Shown: in pieces, positions 18,904-28,464 of the stretch
Position numbering within the stretch: the stretch's first letter is position 1
Layout: each line of letters starts with the position of its first letter
Assembly (NCBI GenBank): GCA_013204385.1
Contig: JABMNY010000013.1
Coordinates: 517-64,516 of the forward strand
DNA length: 64,000 nucleotides
DNA from: Candidatus Uhrbacteria bacterium
GTDB lineage: Bacteria > Patescibacteriota > Patescibacteriia > UBA9934 > GWF2-40-263
Direction: 5' to 3'
Program-made: the position numbers and the translations under genes
The notes under the pieces: model-generated
What the model was told of the DNA's origin: nothing
The model's input: the letters and a program-made list of their open reading frames with translations, nothing else
Databases searched by the model: none

Positions 18904-19473
18904 ATGAAGCTAAACAAAACCTTATTCGTCGGTGCGCTTGTTGCGGTACTTGGTGCAGGAGCGATTGGGATCGGTACGACATTGGCGGCTCAAGAAGGTC
19001 AAGCACAAGAAGGAATGATTTCTGGGCTCGTTTCGGCGATTGCAGAAAAGTTCAACTTGAGTTCTGATGAAGTTCAAGCTGTGTTTGATGAATATCATGA
19101 AGTACGTCAAGAAGAAATGCAGGTAAAAAAAGATGAAATACGAGCACAGCATGAAGCGAAATTTGAAGAGAGACTTGCTCAAGCCGTAGAAGATGGAGAG
19201 CTCACACAAGCGCAAGTGGACGCCATTATTGAAAAGATGGCAGAAATGCGTGGATACATGGAAGAGTTCAAGGATCTCACACCTGAGACACGCAAAGATG
19301 CAATGCAAACACATGTAGAGGAATTACGCGCATGGGCTGAGGAACAGAACATCCCAATGCAATTCCTTCGGGTAGGCCCACCACCACAAAATGGCCAGCA
19401 TTCTGGTCAGGGTGAAATGAAACCACATGGGAATAATCGCCCAGGATTCAATACACAAGAAGAAGCTCTTTAA
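18904..19473 (+). CDS. Secreted helical protein (DUF2680/YckD-like motif)
   Basis: Signal peptide; LAQAVEDGELTQAQVDAI motif. Confidence 0.75.
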   Translation: MKLNKTLFVGALVAVLGAGAIGIGTTLAAQEGQAQEGMISGLVSAIAEKFNLSSDEVQAVFDEYHEVRQEEMQVKKDEIRAQHEAKFEERLAQAVEDGELTQAQVDAIIEKMAEMRGYMEEFKDLTPETRKDAMQTHVEELRAWAEEQNIPMQFLRVGPPPQNGQHSGQGEMKPHGNNRPGFNTQEEAL

Positions 19474-19536
19474 GAACGGTTTTAGATGAAACAAAAAACA
19501 CTCCTCCTTTTCGAGGGTGTTTTTATTTTGTGCGGA

Positions 19537-20271
19537 TTATTTTGTTGGAGTATTCGCTTCTTGTTCTGCGACTTGTTTTTCTTGTTCTAACTTTTTGTCT
19601 TCTTTATCAATCTCTTTTTCCGCAACAGGACGTTTGGCGTACAGGTTCATAAGAGAAAAGACAACCATGCTTGCAAAGATAATGCTTACCGCATTGATCA
19701 AGAAGAGAATGAACGAGTCTGTCATCATCGCCCAGTCAAAACGAGCAAGTCCGATTCCAGTGACCGCAAGTGGTGGAATGAGTGCAACAGAAATTGCGAC
19801 TCCAGGAAGGGAGGCGTTTAAATTTGGTTTGATCAGCGCAAACGATGCAGCAAGGCCTGCAATGACAGCGACCGCAAGGTAGAGGATTGAAGGCTCTGTG
19901 CGCGCAAGAATTTCAGGGTTGAGCTCGGGACTCAGTCCTGCTTGGGAGGCAAAAAGCAGTGTGGCGATTGCCGCAGAAGGGATCGACCAAGCGACCGCTT
20001 TTGTGAGTGTTAAGAGAGAGCGAAAGATGAGACGCGTGTCTGCCATCACAATCCCCAAAGAAATTCCCAAAATAGGAGAGAGAAGTGGGGCAATCAGCAT
20101 CGAGCCAATAATGACTGCCGGACTATTTAACAGAAGGCCGAAGACCGCCATGAGAACAGAAAGGATTGCGAGAAGAAAGAAGTCATCTCGAGGGGTACTG
20201 TCTTCGATAAGTCGCTTAACGGCCGTTGTTTTTCCTTGTTCGGTCAGTGTACTAAAAAGTGTCGTTACCAT
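19537..20271 (-). CDS. DUF389 / TIGR00341-family membrane protein
   Basis: GLLLNSPAVIIGSMLIAPLL.P, EILART.P, LPGVAISVALIPPL. Confidence 0.9.
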   Translation of the reverse strand: MVTTLFSTLTEQGKTTAVKRLIEDSTPRDDFFLLAILSVLMAVFGLLLNSPAVIIGSMLIAPLLSPILGISLGIVMADTRLIFRSLLTLTKAVAWSIPSAAIATLLFASQAGLSPELNPEILARTEPSILYLAVAVIAGLAASFALIKPNLNASLPGVAISVALIPPLAVTGIGLARFDWAMMTDSFILFLINAVSIIFASMVVFSLMNLYAKRPVAEKEIDKEDKKLEQEKQVAEQEANTPTK

Positions 20272-20299
20272 AGTGTCTATATGGTATAATTTATTTACT

Positions 20300-21256
20300 A
20301 TGCTGACAAATATACTTTTGGTTCTCGGTGGGTTTTATTTATTGATCAAAGGGGCAGACTACCTTGTTGGTGGATCTTCATCTCTTGCACGTAAACTCGG
20401 AGTTCCAGCTCTTGTTGTTGGACTTACGGTGGTGGCATTTGGAACATCAGCACCTGAGTTGTTTGTAAACGTGATTGCTGCGCTTAATGGTTCGACAGAT
20501 ATTGCGATTGGAAATGTACTCGGAAGCAATCTTGCAAACATGCTTCTGATTTTAGGAATCACAGCACTCATTGCTCCAATGACATTGAAGAGTAGTACTG
20601 TCTGGAAAGAAATTCCGTTCAGTTTACTTGCTGCGGGAATGTTAATTGTGCTTGGAGCCGATCAGTTCCTAGAAGGAGCGGTCAGTGGTTCAATTGGGCG
20701 CACAGATGGAATCGTCCTCTGGGGATTTTTTCTGATCTTTTTAATTTATACGTTTGGTATTCGTGAATCCGGTGAAAAATCAGAAGAACACACTGAACAG
20801 ATGCCTTTGTGGAGAACAGCACTCTTTATTGGAGGAGGACTCGTCGCGTTGGTGATTGGTGGTCAATTTGTGGTTGTTGGTGCATCTGCTGTCGCTGTTG
20901 CGTTTGGAGTCAGTGAAAATCTTATTGCCTTGACGATCGTAGCTATTGGAACTTCTCTTCCTGAGCTTGTAGCGAGTATTGTGGCAGCAAGAAAAGGACA
21001 TCAGGATATTGCGATTGGAAACGTTGTGGGATCAAATATCTTTAACATTCTTCTTGTTCTTTCAACGACATCTATCATTGCACCACTTCCATTTAGCGCG
21101 GTTAATATGACAGATGCCTTTGTCATGATGACCGCGACTCTTATGATGTTCTTCCTTCTGTTTATTGGTAAACGTCACACACTTCATAAGAGGGAAGGCT
21201 TCATTTTTATTCTGATGTATGTCAGTTATATCGTTTTCGCCATTATTCGTGGATAA
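20300..21256 (+). CDS. Calcium/sodium antiporter (CaCA, YrbG-like)
   Basis: Two alpha repeats GTSAPE...GNVLGSN and GTSLPE...GNVVGSNIFN; true start ATG 20300. Confidence 0.93.
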   Translation: MLTNILLVLGGFYLLIKGADYLVGGSSSLARKLGVPALVVGLTVVAFGTSAPELFVNVIAALNGSTDIAIGNVLGSNLANMLLILGITALIAPMTLKSSTVWKEIPFSLLAAGMLIVLGADQFLEGAVSGSIGRTDGIVLWGFFLIFLIYTFGIRESGEKSEEHTEQMPLWRTALFIGGGLVALVIGGQFVVVGASAVAVAFGVSENLIALTIVAIGTSLPELVASIVAARKGHQDIAIGNVVGSNIFNILLVLSTTSIIAPLPFSAVNMTDAFVMMTATLMMFFLLFIGKRHTLHKREGFIFILMYVSYIVFAIIRG

Positions 21257-21317
21257 GGAGTGTAAAGAGGGGAATGACCCTCTTTTCAATTTGTCGTTTG
21301 CCCAGTAAGCTGATCAC

Positions 21318-23102
21318 ATGGATCCAAAAGATGAAATTAAACAAAAGCTCGATATTTTCGATCTTGTAAGCGAGTACGTTGTTCTTAAACCGTCTGGTTC
21401 AACGGGGTTTAAGGGCCTATGCCCGTTTCATTCTGAAAAGTCGCCTTCCTTCCATGTTTCCCAAGATCGTCAAAATTGGCATTGTTTTGGGTGTAATGAA
21501 GGAGGGGATTGTTTTAGTTTTGTCATGAAAATTGAAGGCATGACCTTCCCGGAAGCGTTGATGCATTTAGGAAAAAAGACGGGCGTTGAAATTCGACGGT
21601 TACCAACAACGCAAAGCAATGTGCGTTCGCGCATGCTTCAAGTAAACGATCTTGCTCAAAAGTTTTATCGGAAAGTGCTGTTGGAATCGACCAAGGCGGG
21701 GAGTGCACGAAGCTATGTGGAGTCACGGAATATTCCCGTAGAGCTTGGAGAACGATTCGGGATTGGGTTTGCGCCAGACGAATGGGATACACTTTCAAGT
21801 TTTTTGCAAAAACGTGGATTTTCAGAATCTGAATGTGTGCAAGCGGGACTGAGTATGAAGCGTAAACAAGGCTCAGGAGTGATTGATCGTTTTCGAAACC
21901 GCCTCATGATTCCACTCCGTGATCATCATGGAAATACCGTTGGGTTTACCGGAAGGTGCATGCCGGGAGATGCTCATGGGCCAAAGTATATGAACTCCCC
22001 TGAGACGCCTGTGTATTCTAAGAGTCGACTTTTGTATGGGCTTGATTTGGCAAAACGGGCGGTGCGAGACGCAGAGTGCATTGTGATTGTAGAGGGAAAC
22101 TTGGATGTCGTTGCTTCCCATCTCGCAGGTGTTGAGCAGATTGTTGCGTCAAGTGGAACCGCATTCACAAAAGACCAACTCGAACTTCTTAAACGCTATA
22201 CCCAGACGATTGTCTTTGCGTTTGATTCAGATGCCGCCGGGTTCACAGCAGCCAAAAAAGGCATCAGTCTTGCGCGCACTATGGGATTTGATATTCGTGC
22301 GGCGATCTTGCCTGAAGGGGTGAAGGATCCCGATGAACTTGTTCAAAAGGATCCAACACAATGGAAAGAACTCGTGAATCATTCCCAGCCCATTATGGAG
22401 TTTCTTATTTCACAAGTGACGAGAGGAAAAGATCTCCGGAATATTGATGATAAACGTATTGTTGAAAAGGAGTTATTACCGGCGCTCAGTGAGATGATCT
22501 CTGTTGTTGAGCGAGAACATTGGCTTCAGGTTGTTGCAGATTTGCTTCAGACTCCTGTTGATCAACTTCGACCATCCATTCCTGTTGTTTTGCCTCAGAC
22601 AGAGACTATGGAGCCTGAAAAGGAGGATAAAGCTGATAAGGAAGACCAACCTGTCTCAAAAGAAGCAAAAGCGCTTACACTCCTTTTTGGACAAATACTC
22701 ACATCTGAAGAGGTTTTTGATACGTTTCACAAGCGTTTAGAGAAGGTTTCTCGAAATAATGAGAGTTGGGAAGCTCTTTACAAAATAGCTGCTGAGACGT
22801 ATGCTGAGGCTAGTCAACCAACACAAAAATCATTTTTTTTGCGGATTCGTGACATGTTAGACGGCCACCCATTACAAGCGTCCCTTGAGGAGCTTCTTGA
22901 TACATCATCATTCATGGCCGATGAAACATTTCAGGATCTTCCGCCACAAAAGGTGTTGGAACATATCGACCATCTATTTTCTTCTCTTGAAGAGCATGCG
23001 CTTGGAAAACGTCGTGAAATCCTTGCTCGTGATCTTCGACAAGCAGAAGCAGTAGGAGACACCGAAACTGTCTCTCGTCTGCTCACTCAATTAAACGAAT
23101 AA
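21318..23102 (+). CDS. dnaG: DNA primase
   Basis: CPFHSEKSPSF...CFGC zinc finger, DRFRNR, KYMNSPET, VEG..DV, FDSDAAG, KDPDE. Confidence 0.97.
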   Translation: MDPKDEIKQKLDIFDLVSEYVVLKPSGSTGFKGLCPFHSEKSPSFHVSQDRQNWHCFGCNEGGDCFSFVMKIEGMTFPEALMHLGKKTGVEIRRLPTTQSNVRSRMLQVNDLAQKFYRKVLLESTKAGSARSYVESRNIPVELGERFGIGFAPDEWDTLSSFLQKRGFSESECVQAGLSMKRKQGSGVIDRFRNRLMIPLRDHHGNTVGFTGRCMPGDAHGPKYMNSPETPVYSKSRLLYGLDLAKRAVRDAECIVIVEGNLDVVASHLAGVEQIVASSGTAFTKDQLELLKRYTQTIVFAFDSDAAGFTAAKKGISLARTMGFDIRAAILPEGVKDPDELVQKDPTQWKELVNHSQPIMEFLISQVTRGKDLRNIDDKRIVEKELLPALSEMISVVEREHWLQVVADLLQTPVDQLRPSIPVVLPQTETMEPEKEDKADKEDQPVSKEAKALTLLFGQILTSEEVFDTFHKRLEKVSRNNESWEALYKIAAETYAEASQPTQKSFFLRIRDMLDGHPLQASLEELLDTSSFMADETFQDLPPQKVLEHIDHLFSSLEEHALGKRREILARDLRQAEAVGDTETVSRLLTQLNE

Positions 23103-23139
23103 GCGCCATTGTGCGTGATCTTTTTATTCTGTTCTGCGT

Positions 23140-24483
23140 ATGCCGACCAAATCATCTGGCAAAGCCCGTAAGGATTCCGCTGGAAAGACAATCAAAAAAG
23201 TTGCAAAGAAAGTTGCAAAGAAGGTTCCTGTAAAAAAGAAACCTGTCGAAAAAAAGACCACCAAAAAGACTCCGGTAAAGAAAGTTGCTATTAAGAAAAC
23301 AGCCTCACCAAAGGTTGCAAAAAAATCAATCATTTTTCACAAAAAAGTTGCACCTCCAAGCGTTGTTCGATCAACGGGCCGTTACAAACGATCAGAACCT
23401 CCTTCTGTGGATGTGTTAGATCGTCTTGTTCAAAAAGGCATGCGCCGTGGATATATTACAGAGAATGAACTTCTTTTTACGTTTGTTCAATTAGAAGACT
23501 ACGTTGAGGCATTTGAGGATTTTTTGAATGAGTTAGAGCGCGTGGGAGTTCACTTTGTCGAGGTTAAGGAGGGAATTTTAGGACGCGCAAAGGAACGTGA
23601 CGATGTATATGAAAAAATTCGCATGAGCGAGGATGCTCGTCGAATTCCTCTTCCTGAAATCACTCAGGATTCGATTCAGATGTACCTGCGCGAGATCGGA
23701 AAAATTCCACTTCTCACAGGAGAACAAGAAGTTGGTCTTGCTAAGCGAAAAGAACGAAACGAAAAAGAAGCAGAGCGACGACTGATTGAAGCCAATCTAC
23801 GCTTGGTTGTTTCTATCGCAAAAAAATTCGTTGGAAAATCCATGTCACTTCTTGATCTTATTCAAGAAGGAAACATTGGTCTCTTTCGTGCGGTCAAGAA
23901 ATTTGAATATCGAAAAGGATACAAGTTTTCAACCTATGCGACTTGGTGGATTCGCCAAGCCATTACACGTGCGCTTGCCGATCAATCTCGAACCATTCGT
24001 ATTCCGGTTCACATGGTTGAGACGATTAATAAGTTTCAACAAATCGAGCGTCAACTCATCCAAGACTTGGGTCGCGAGCCACTTGCTGAAGAAATTGCGG
24101 CCGAGATGGGTCAGCCTGTTGATAAGGTGCGTCACATCCGAAAGATTTCTCAGGATACAGTTTCACTTGAAACAAGTGTCGGAGATGATGATGAGGATTC
24201 AAAACTCGAAGACTTTCTTGAGGACGTAAAGACAATTTCACCAGACAGAAACGCCGCTCGAGAGCTCTTAAAGGATTACGTGAATCAATCCATGATGGAA
24301 TTGACACCACGTGAACAAAAAATTCTTGAGATGCGATTTGGTCTGATTGACGGCGTGAGTCATACCTTGGAAGAAGTAGGTCGAGAATTCGACGTGACAC
24401 GTGAACGTATCCGTCAAATCGAAGCAAAAGCCCTTGAAAAAATTCAAGCCAATCCCCTTATTGAAAAGTTAAGAGACTACTAA
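23140..24483 (+). CDS. rpoD: Primary sigma factor RpoD with Lys/Val/Ala-rich N-terminal extension
   Basis: [59 protein letters not shown]; follows dnaG. Confidence 0.96.
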   Translation: MPTKSSGKARKDSAGKTIKKVAKKVAKKVPVKKKPVEKKTTKKTPVKKVAIKKTASPKVAKKSIIFHKKVAPPSVVRSTGRYKRSEPPSVDVLDRLVQKGMRRGYITENELLFTFVQLEDYVEAFEDFLNELERVGVHFVEVKEGILGRAKERDDVYEKIRMSEDARRIPLPEITQDSIQMYLREIGKIPLLTGEQEVGLAKRKERNEKEAERRLIEANLRLVVSIAKKFVGKSMSLLDLIQEGNIGLFRAVKKFEYRKGYKFSTYATWWIRQAITRALADQSRTIRIPVHMVETINKFQQIERQLIQDLGREPLAEEIAAEMGQPVDKVRHIRKISQDTVSLETSVGDDDEDSKLEDFLEDVKTISPDRNAARELLKDYVNQSMMELTPREQKILEMRFGLIDGVSHTLEEVGREFDVTRERIRQIEAKALEKIQANPLIEKLRDY

Positions 24484-24489
24484 TAAAAT

Positions 24490-24510
24490 CAGGCCTTCGG
24501 GCCTGTTTTT
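24490..24510 (+). terminator. Intrinsic terminator after rpoD
   Basis: caggcc-ttcg-ggcctg plus T-run. Confidence 0.85.
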
Positions 24511-24550
24511 ATTTTGGGATCTCAGAATTTTCAGGTATACTATCTTCACT

Positions 24551-26374
24551 ATGAAATTACTTCGTCGTTGGTGGCTCTGGGTTATTGTTATTCTAGTGAT
24601 GGGAGTCATTGGATATTCTGTGTTGAGGCCAGATGCCCCAGTAGAATATGTAACAGAGATTGTTGAACGAACGGATCTTGTCCAAACTGTTGATGCAAAT
24701 GGAGAGGTCGTCTCACTTGATGAGGTAGATCTTTCGTTTGATCTTTCTGGAACGGTCGCGACTATTTTGGTGCAAGTTGGAGATTCTGTTGGAATTGGAG
24801 ATTTACTAGCAGTTCTTGAGACACAAGAACTTGTTGCTGATCTACAAAGTGCCTATCAAGCCGTACAAATTTCTCAAGGAACGCTTGATGCGCAAAAGGC
24901 TGGAGCAAGTATTGAAACAATTGCGGTTTCTGAGGCTTCACTTTCTTCTGCCGATATTGATTATGAGAATAAAATAGTCTTGAATGGTTTTGTTGAATCG
25001 TTATATCTCGCTCAAGAAGAAGTTCAAGCAGCAGCTCTTGCAACGGCCTCTGATAATGTAAATCAAACAATTGCTGATAATAGTGAGTTGCTTACACAGG
25101 TGTATGACGACTTGTTGGGATCTGCGTGGGCGGGAGCGATTGAGGCTCGAAGTGCCTACTCGAAAGGGGATGAGATAATGGGAATCCATAATTCAACCCT
25201 GAATGACGATTATCAAAATCTTCTTTCTGCAGGAAATTCATCTGCGGTGAATTTAGCAAAAACAGCTTTTTCGGCACTTGATGAGTCGCTTGTGTTGGCA
25301 GAGCAGGCCATAGTCGTTGCAGAATATGGATCGTCCACATCAATCGCGACAGCTGCCCAAGAAGTCGAAAGTGCTTTAGGGCATGCAGCACAAATGTTGT
25401 TGTATCTTCGCACAGCGATTACGGCCATGCCTGTCACGGGGGACTTGAGCATTGCAGAAGCAACGGCGCTTGCTTCTTCTGTTGATACTGCTCGTGTCTC
25501 TGTCCAAGTCGATCAAGTCACATTGCAAAATGCCTTCCAATCAGTTCAAGATGCCCTTAATACATCTACATCCAATCTTGAAGATGCGAATAATGCGCTC
25601 ACTGGAGCACAAGCATCTTACAATTCAGCTGTAGCAACACGTCTGTATCAGGTTGTTCTTGCAGAGCAAGCGGTCCAATCTTCACAGGCAATTCAATCAC
25701 TCCGCGAGGCGGAGCTTGCCCAAGCCAAAGCTGTTCCACGAACAGTAGATCTCGCCTCTTATGAGGCCGATGTTTCACGATCGCAAGCTGCGTATGTGTC
25801 CGCGCAAGCCAGACTTGCAAAAGCAGAAATTCATTCCCCGATCATTGGTGATGTAACGCAGATTACGATCAAAGCAGGGGAGCAGGTCGTTGCCTCAAAC
25901 GCGGTAATTACCGTACAAACAACTCAGGAGCAATTTGAGATTGTGGCAGACGTGAGTGAATCAGATATCTCAAAACTTGAACTTGGAGATGCAACGGTTA
26001 TTACGTTTGATGCGTTTAGTTCATCAGACATCCTTTTAGGAACCGTGCGAAAAATTGAACCTGCAGAAAAATTAGTGGAAGGTGTTGTGTATTACGAGGT
26101 AACAGTCTCTCTCCTGTTGCCTGTTGAAGGATTCGATTTACGACCTGGGCTTTCAGCAGATCTTATTTTTACAACAGATTCAAAAGATCAAATCCTTACA
26201 GTTTCTCAGCGTGCACTTTATGAGCGCGAGGGTGTGACCTATGTGCGTGTTCTTGAGAATAGTATTTCTGTTGAGCGTGAAGTGACCACAGGTCTTCGGG
26301 GCGATCTTGGGCGCATGGAAATTTTATCGGGGCTTGCAGTGGGGGAGGAGGTTATTATTCGTGAAATCAATTAA
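24551..26374 (+). CDS. MacA/HlyD-type membrane fusion protein with long helical hairpin
   Basis: N-terminal TM, lipoyl halves (V.VGD.V..GD; I.SPI.G.V), VSESDI, EI.SGL..GEEV. Confidence 0.88.
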   Translation: MKLLRRWWLWVIVILVMGVIGYSVLRPDAPVEYVTEIVERTDLVQTVDANGEVVSLDEVDLSFDLSGTVATILVQVGDSVGIGDLLAVLETQELVADLQSAYQAVQISQGTLDAQKAGASIETIAVSEASLSSADIDYENKIVLNGFVESLYLAQEEVQAAALATASDNVNQTIADNSELLTQVYDDLLGSAWAGAIEARSAYSKGDEIMGIHNSTLNDDYQNLLSAGNSSAVNLAKTAFSALDESLVLAEQAIVVAEYGSSTSIATAAQEVESALGHAAQMLLYLRTAITAMPVTGDLSIAEATALASSVDTARVSVQVDQVTLQNAFQSVQDALNTSTSNLEDANNALTGAQASYNSAVATRLYQVVLAEQAVQSSQAIQSLREAELAQAKAVPRTVDLASYEADVSRSQAAYVSAQARLAKAEIHSPIIGDVTQITIKAGEQVVASNAVITVQTTQEQFEIVADVSESDISKLELGDATVITFDAFSSSDILLGTVRKIEPAEKLVEGVVYYEVTVSLLLPVEGFDLRPGLSADLIFTTDSKDQILTVSQRALYEREGVTYVRVLENSISVEREVTTGLRGDLGRMEILSGLAVGEEVIIREIN

Positions 26375-26381
26375 TAGATTC

Positions 26382-27098
26382 ATGAACCAACCCATTATTC
26401 AATGCGAGAATCTCACACGTGATTACGTGAATGGAGATGTGGTAACACGTGCGTTGCGCGGTGTAACATTTGAAATTCAGACGGGAGAGTTCGTCGCAAT
26501 CATGGGGCCATCTGGATCTGGAAAGTCCACACTCATGCATGTTCTTGGTTTTTTAGATGCGTTCACAGAGGGGTCCTATTTGTTTGAAGGAGAGGATGTT
26601 CGAGGGTTTTCAGAGGATGAACTTGCGAAATTTCGACAAGATCGTGTCGGGTTTATTTTTCAAGCATTTAATCTTTTGAGTAAATCAACGGTGTATCAAA
26701 ACATCATGTTACCGTTAGTCTATGGGACACTTTCTATCGAGGAAAGAAAAAAGCGAACACTCAATGCCATAAAGGAGGTTTCGATGGAGCATCGTCAAAA
26801 TCATTTTTCAAATCAATTATCAGGAGGAGAGAAACAGCGCGTGGCGATTGCCCGGGCTCTTGCGAATGAGCCTTCTGTCATTTTTGCAGATGAACCAACA
26901 GGAAACTTAGATACAAAAACAGGAGGTCAGATTTTGGACCTTCTCGCCGCCCTTCATGATCAAGGACATACAATTGTGATGGTGACCCATGAACAAGAAG
27001 CCGCCGAGTACGCCTCACGTATTATTGGAATGCGTGACGGGCTTATCGAATCTGATTCTGCGAACGGTCATCGTCGTCGAGGAGGATATTCAAAATAG
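26382..27098 (+). CDS. ABC transporter ATP-binding protein (MacB/LolD type)
   Basis: [36 protein letters not shown]. Confidence 0.95.
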   Translation: MNQPIIQCENLTRDYVNGDVVTRALRGVTFEIQTGEFVAIMGPSGSGKSTLMHVLGFLDAFTEGSYLFEGEDVRGFSEDELAKFRQDRVGFIFQAFNLLSKSTVYQNIMLPLVYGTLSIEERKKRTLNAIKEVSMEHRQNHFSNQLSGGEKQRVAIARALANEPSVIFADEPTGNLDTKTGGQILDLLAALHDQGHTIVMVTHEQEAAEYASRIIGMRDGLIESDSANGHRRRGGYSK

Positions 27099-27109
27099 TA
27101 TTACTGGGT

Positions 27110-28351
27110 ATGCGATATCAAGATCTTTTTGCGACAGCAACTGAATCCCTTCTTCGTACAAAATCTCGTTCGCTTTTGACGATCCTTGGAATTGTCATTG
27201 GAATCGCTGCGGTGATTCTCATGCTTTCTATCGGTCAGGGTGCGGAGAAGTTTATCTTATCTGAGGTGGCGGATTTAGGAGCAGACCTTGTGTTTGTGGA
27301 GCCAGCCAGTGGGGATCCAACTGCTGGACCTCCAAATCCGTTTATTGAGCAGACGATGACGCTTGATGATGCAGATGAAATGAAACGATCGGGATTATTT
27401 ACCGTTGTCTCACCAACATTGATCAGTACTGTTCCTGTGTCGTTTGAAGAAGTGAATGATTTTCTTCAAATTCAGGGTGTAGACAGTTCTTATATTGACT
27501 TGTTCCCTGCGGAGTTGCGATATGGAACCTATTTGGAAGCGTCAGATGTTGATTCCTATTCTAAAGTTGCGGTACTTGGGAGCGAAATTTCGGAGGATTT
27601 TTTTGGGGATCGAGATCCTGTGGGAGAGCGGATTAAGATTAAATCAAATTCGTATCGAGTCGTTGGGGTGTTTGAGAAACAAGGTTCTCGTTTTTTCCAA
27701 AATCTTGATAAGCAGGTCAGTATTCCTGTCACAACCATGCAACGCGATTTGTTGGCGGTTGAATATGTGAATTATGTTTCTGCTCGAGTCCCGGCAGGGG
27801 TTGAAATAGAAGAGGTAAAAGAAGAACTGCGCTATCTCATGCGAGATGCACATGATCTTGATAATCCGGAAGGGGATCCAGCACTTGATGATTTTTTTGT
27901 CAGTTCTCAAGAGGATGCAACGGAGACCATTGGAATGGTTGGAAGTGTTCTTACGATTTTACTCTCATCGATTGCTGCCATTTCACTGATTGTGGGAGGT
28001 ATTGGAATCATGAACATTATGCTTGTGTCTGTAACGGAGCGCACACGAGAGATTGGACTGCGAAAAGCTGTGGGGGCAACATATAAAGAAATCCTTCAAC
28101 AGTTCCTAGTTGAGTCAATTTTACTTACCATGTTCGGAGGGTTGATCGGAGTGCTAGCAGGTTCTGTTATTTCGTATGTTGTTGGATGGGTGCTCGTTCA
28201 CTTTTTTCTATCGACATGGGCTATTGTTATCCCATTAAACGCTGTTTTTTTAGGTGCGGCTGTTTCAACGGTAGTGGGCTTAGTTTTTGGAATCTATCCA
28301 GCAAGAAGCGCCGCACGTCTGAATCCAATTGATGCATTGAGATACGAATAG
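27110..28351 (+). CDS. MacB-type ABC permease
   Basis: RSLLTILGIVIGI, GGIGIMNIMLVSVTERTREIGLRKAVGA, YPAR.AARLNPIDALRYE. Confidence 0.95.
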   Translation: MRYQDLFATATESLLRTKSRSLLTILGIVIGIAAVILMLSIGQGAEKFILSEVADLGADLVFVEPASGDPTAGPPNPFIEQTMTLDDADEMKRSGLFTVVSPTLISTVPVSFEEVNDFLQIQGVDSSYIDLFPAELRYGTYLEASDVDSYSKVAVLGSEISEDFFGDRDPVGERIKIKSNSYRVVGVFEKQGSRFFQNLDKQVSIPVTTMQRDLLAVEYVNYVSARVPAGVEIEEVKEELRYLMRDAHDLDNPEGDPALDDFFVSSQEDATETIGMVGSVLTILLSSIAAISLIVGGIGIMNIMLVSVTERTREIGLRKAVGATYKEILQQFLVESILLTMFGGLIGVLAGSVISYVVGWVLVHFFLSTWAIVIPLNAVFLGAAVSTVVGLVFGIYPARSAARLNPIDALRYE

Positions 28352-28369
28352 GAGGACTCTTCCATATGA

Positions 28370-28398
28370 TTGACAAAATGCCCTAAATAGGGTATTTT
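28370..28398 (+). promoter_or_regulatory. Putative sigma70 promoter
   Basis: TTGACA-17 bp-TATTTT upstream of the 28465 gene. Confidence 0.55.
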
Positions 28399-28464
28399 GT
28401 TTTGTTCAAACGAGGACTTTCTCGATTGAAAACGCTCATTAAACACTCACTTTCAGGAGATGCA

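Noticed and set aside
19898-20299. N-terminal extension of the antiporter ORF
   Set aside because: Overlaps the DUF389 gene antisense; real start is ATG 20300 after a TATAAT.
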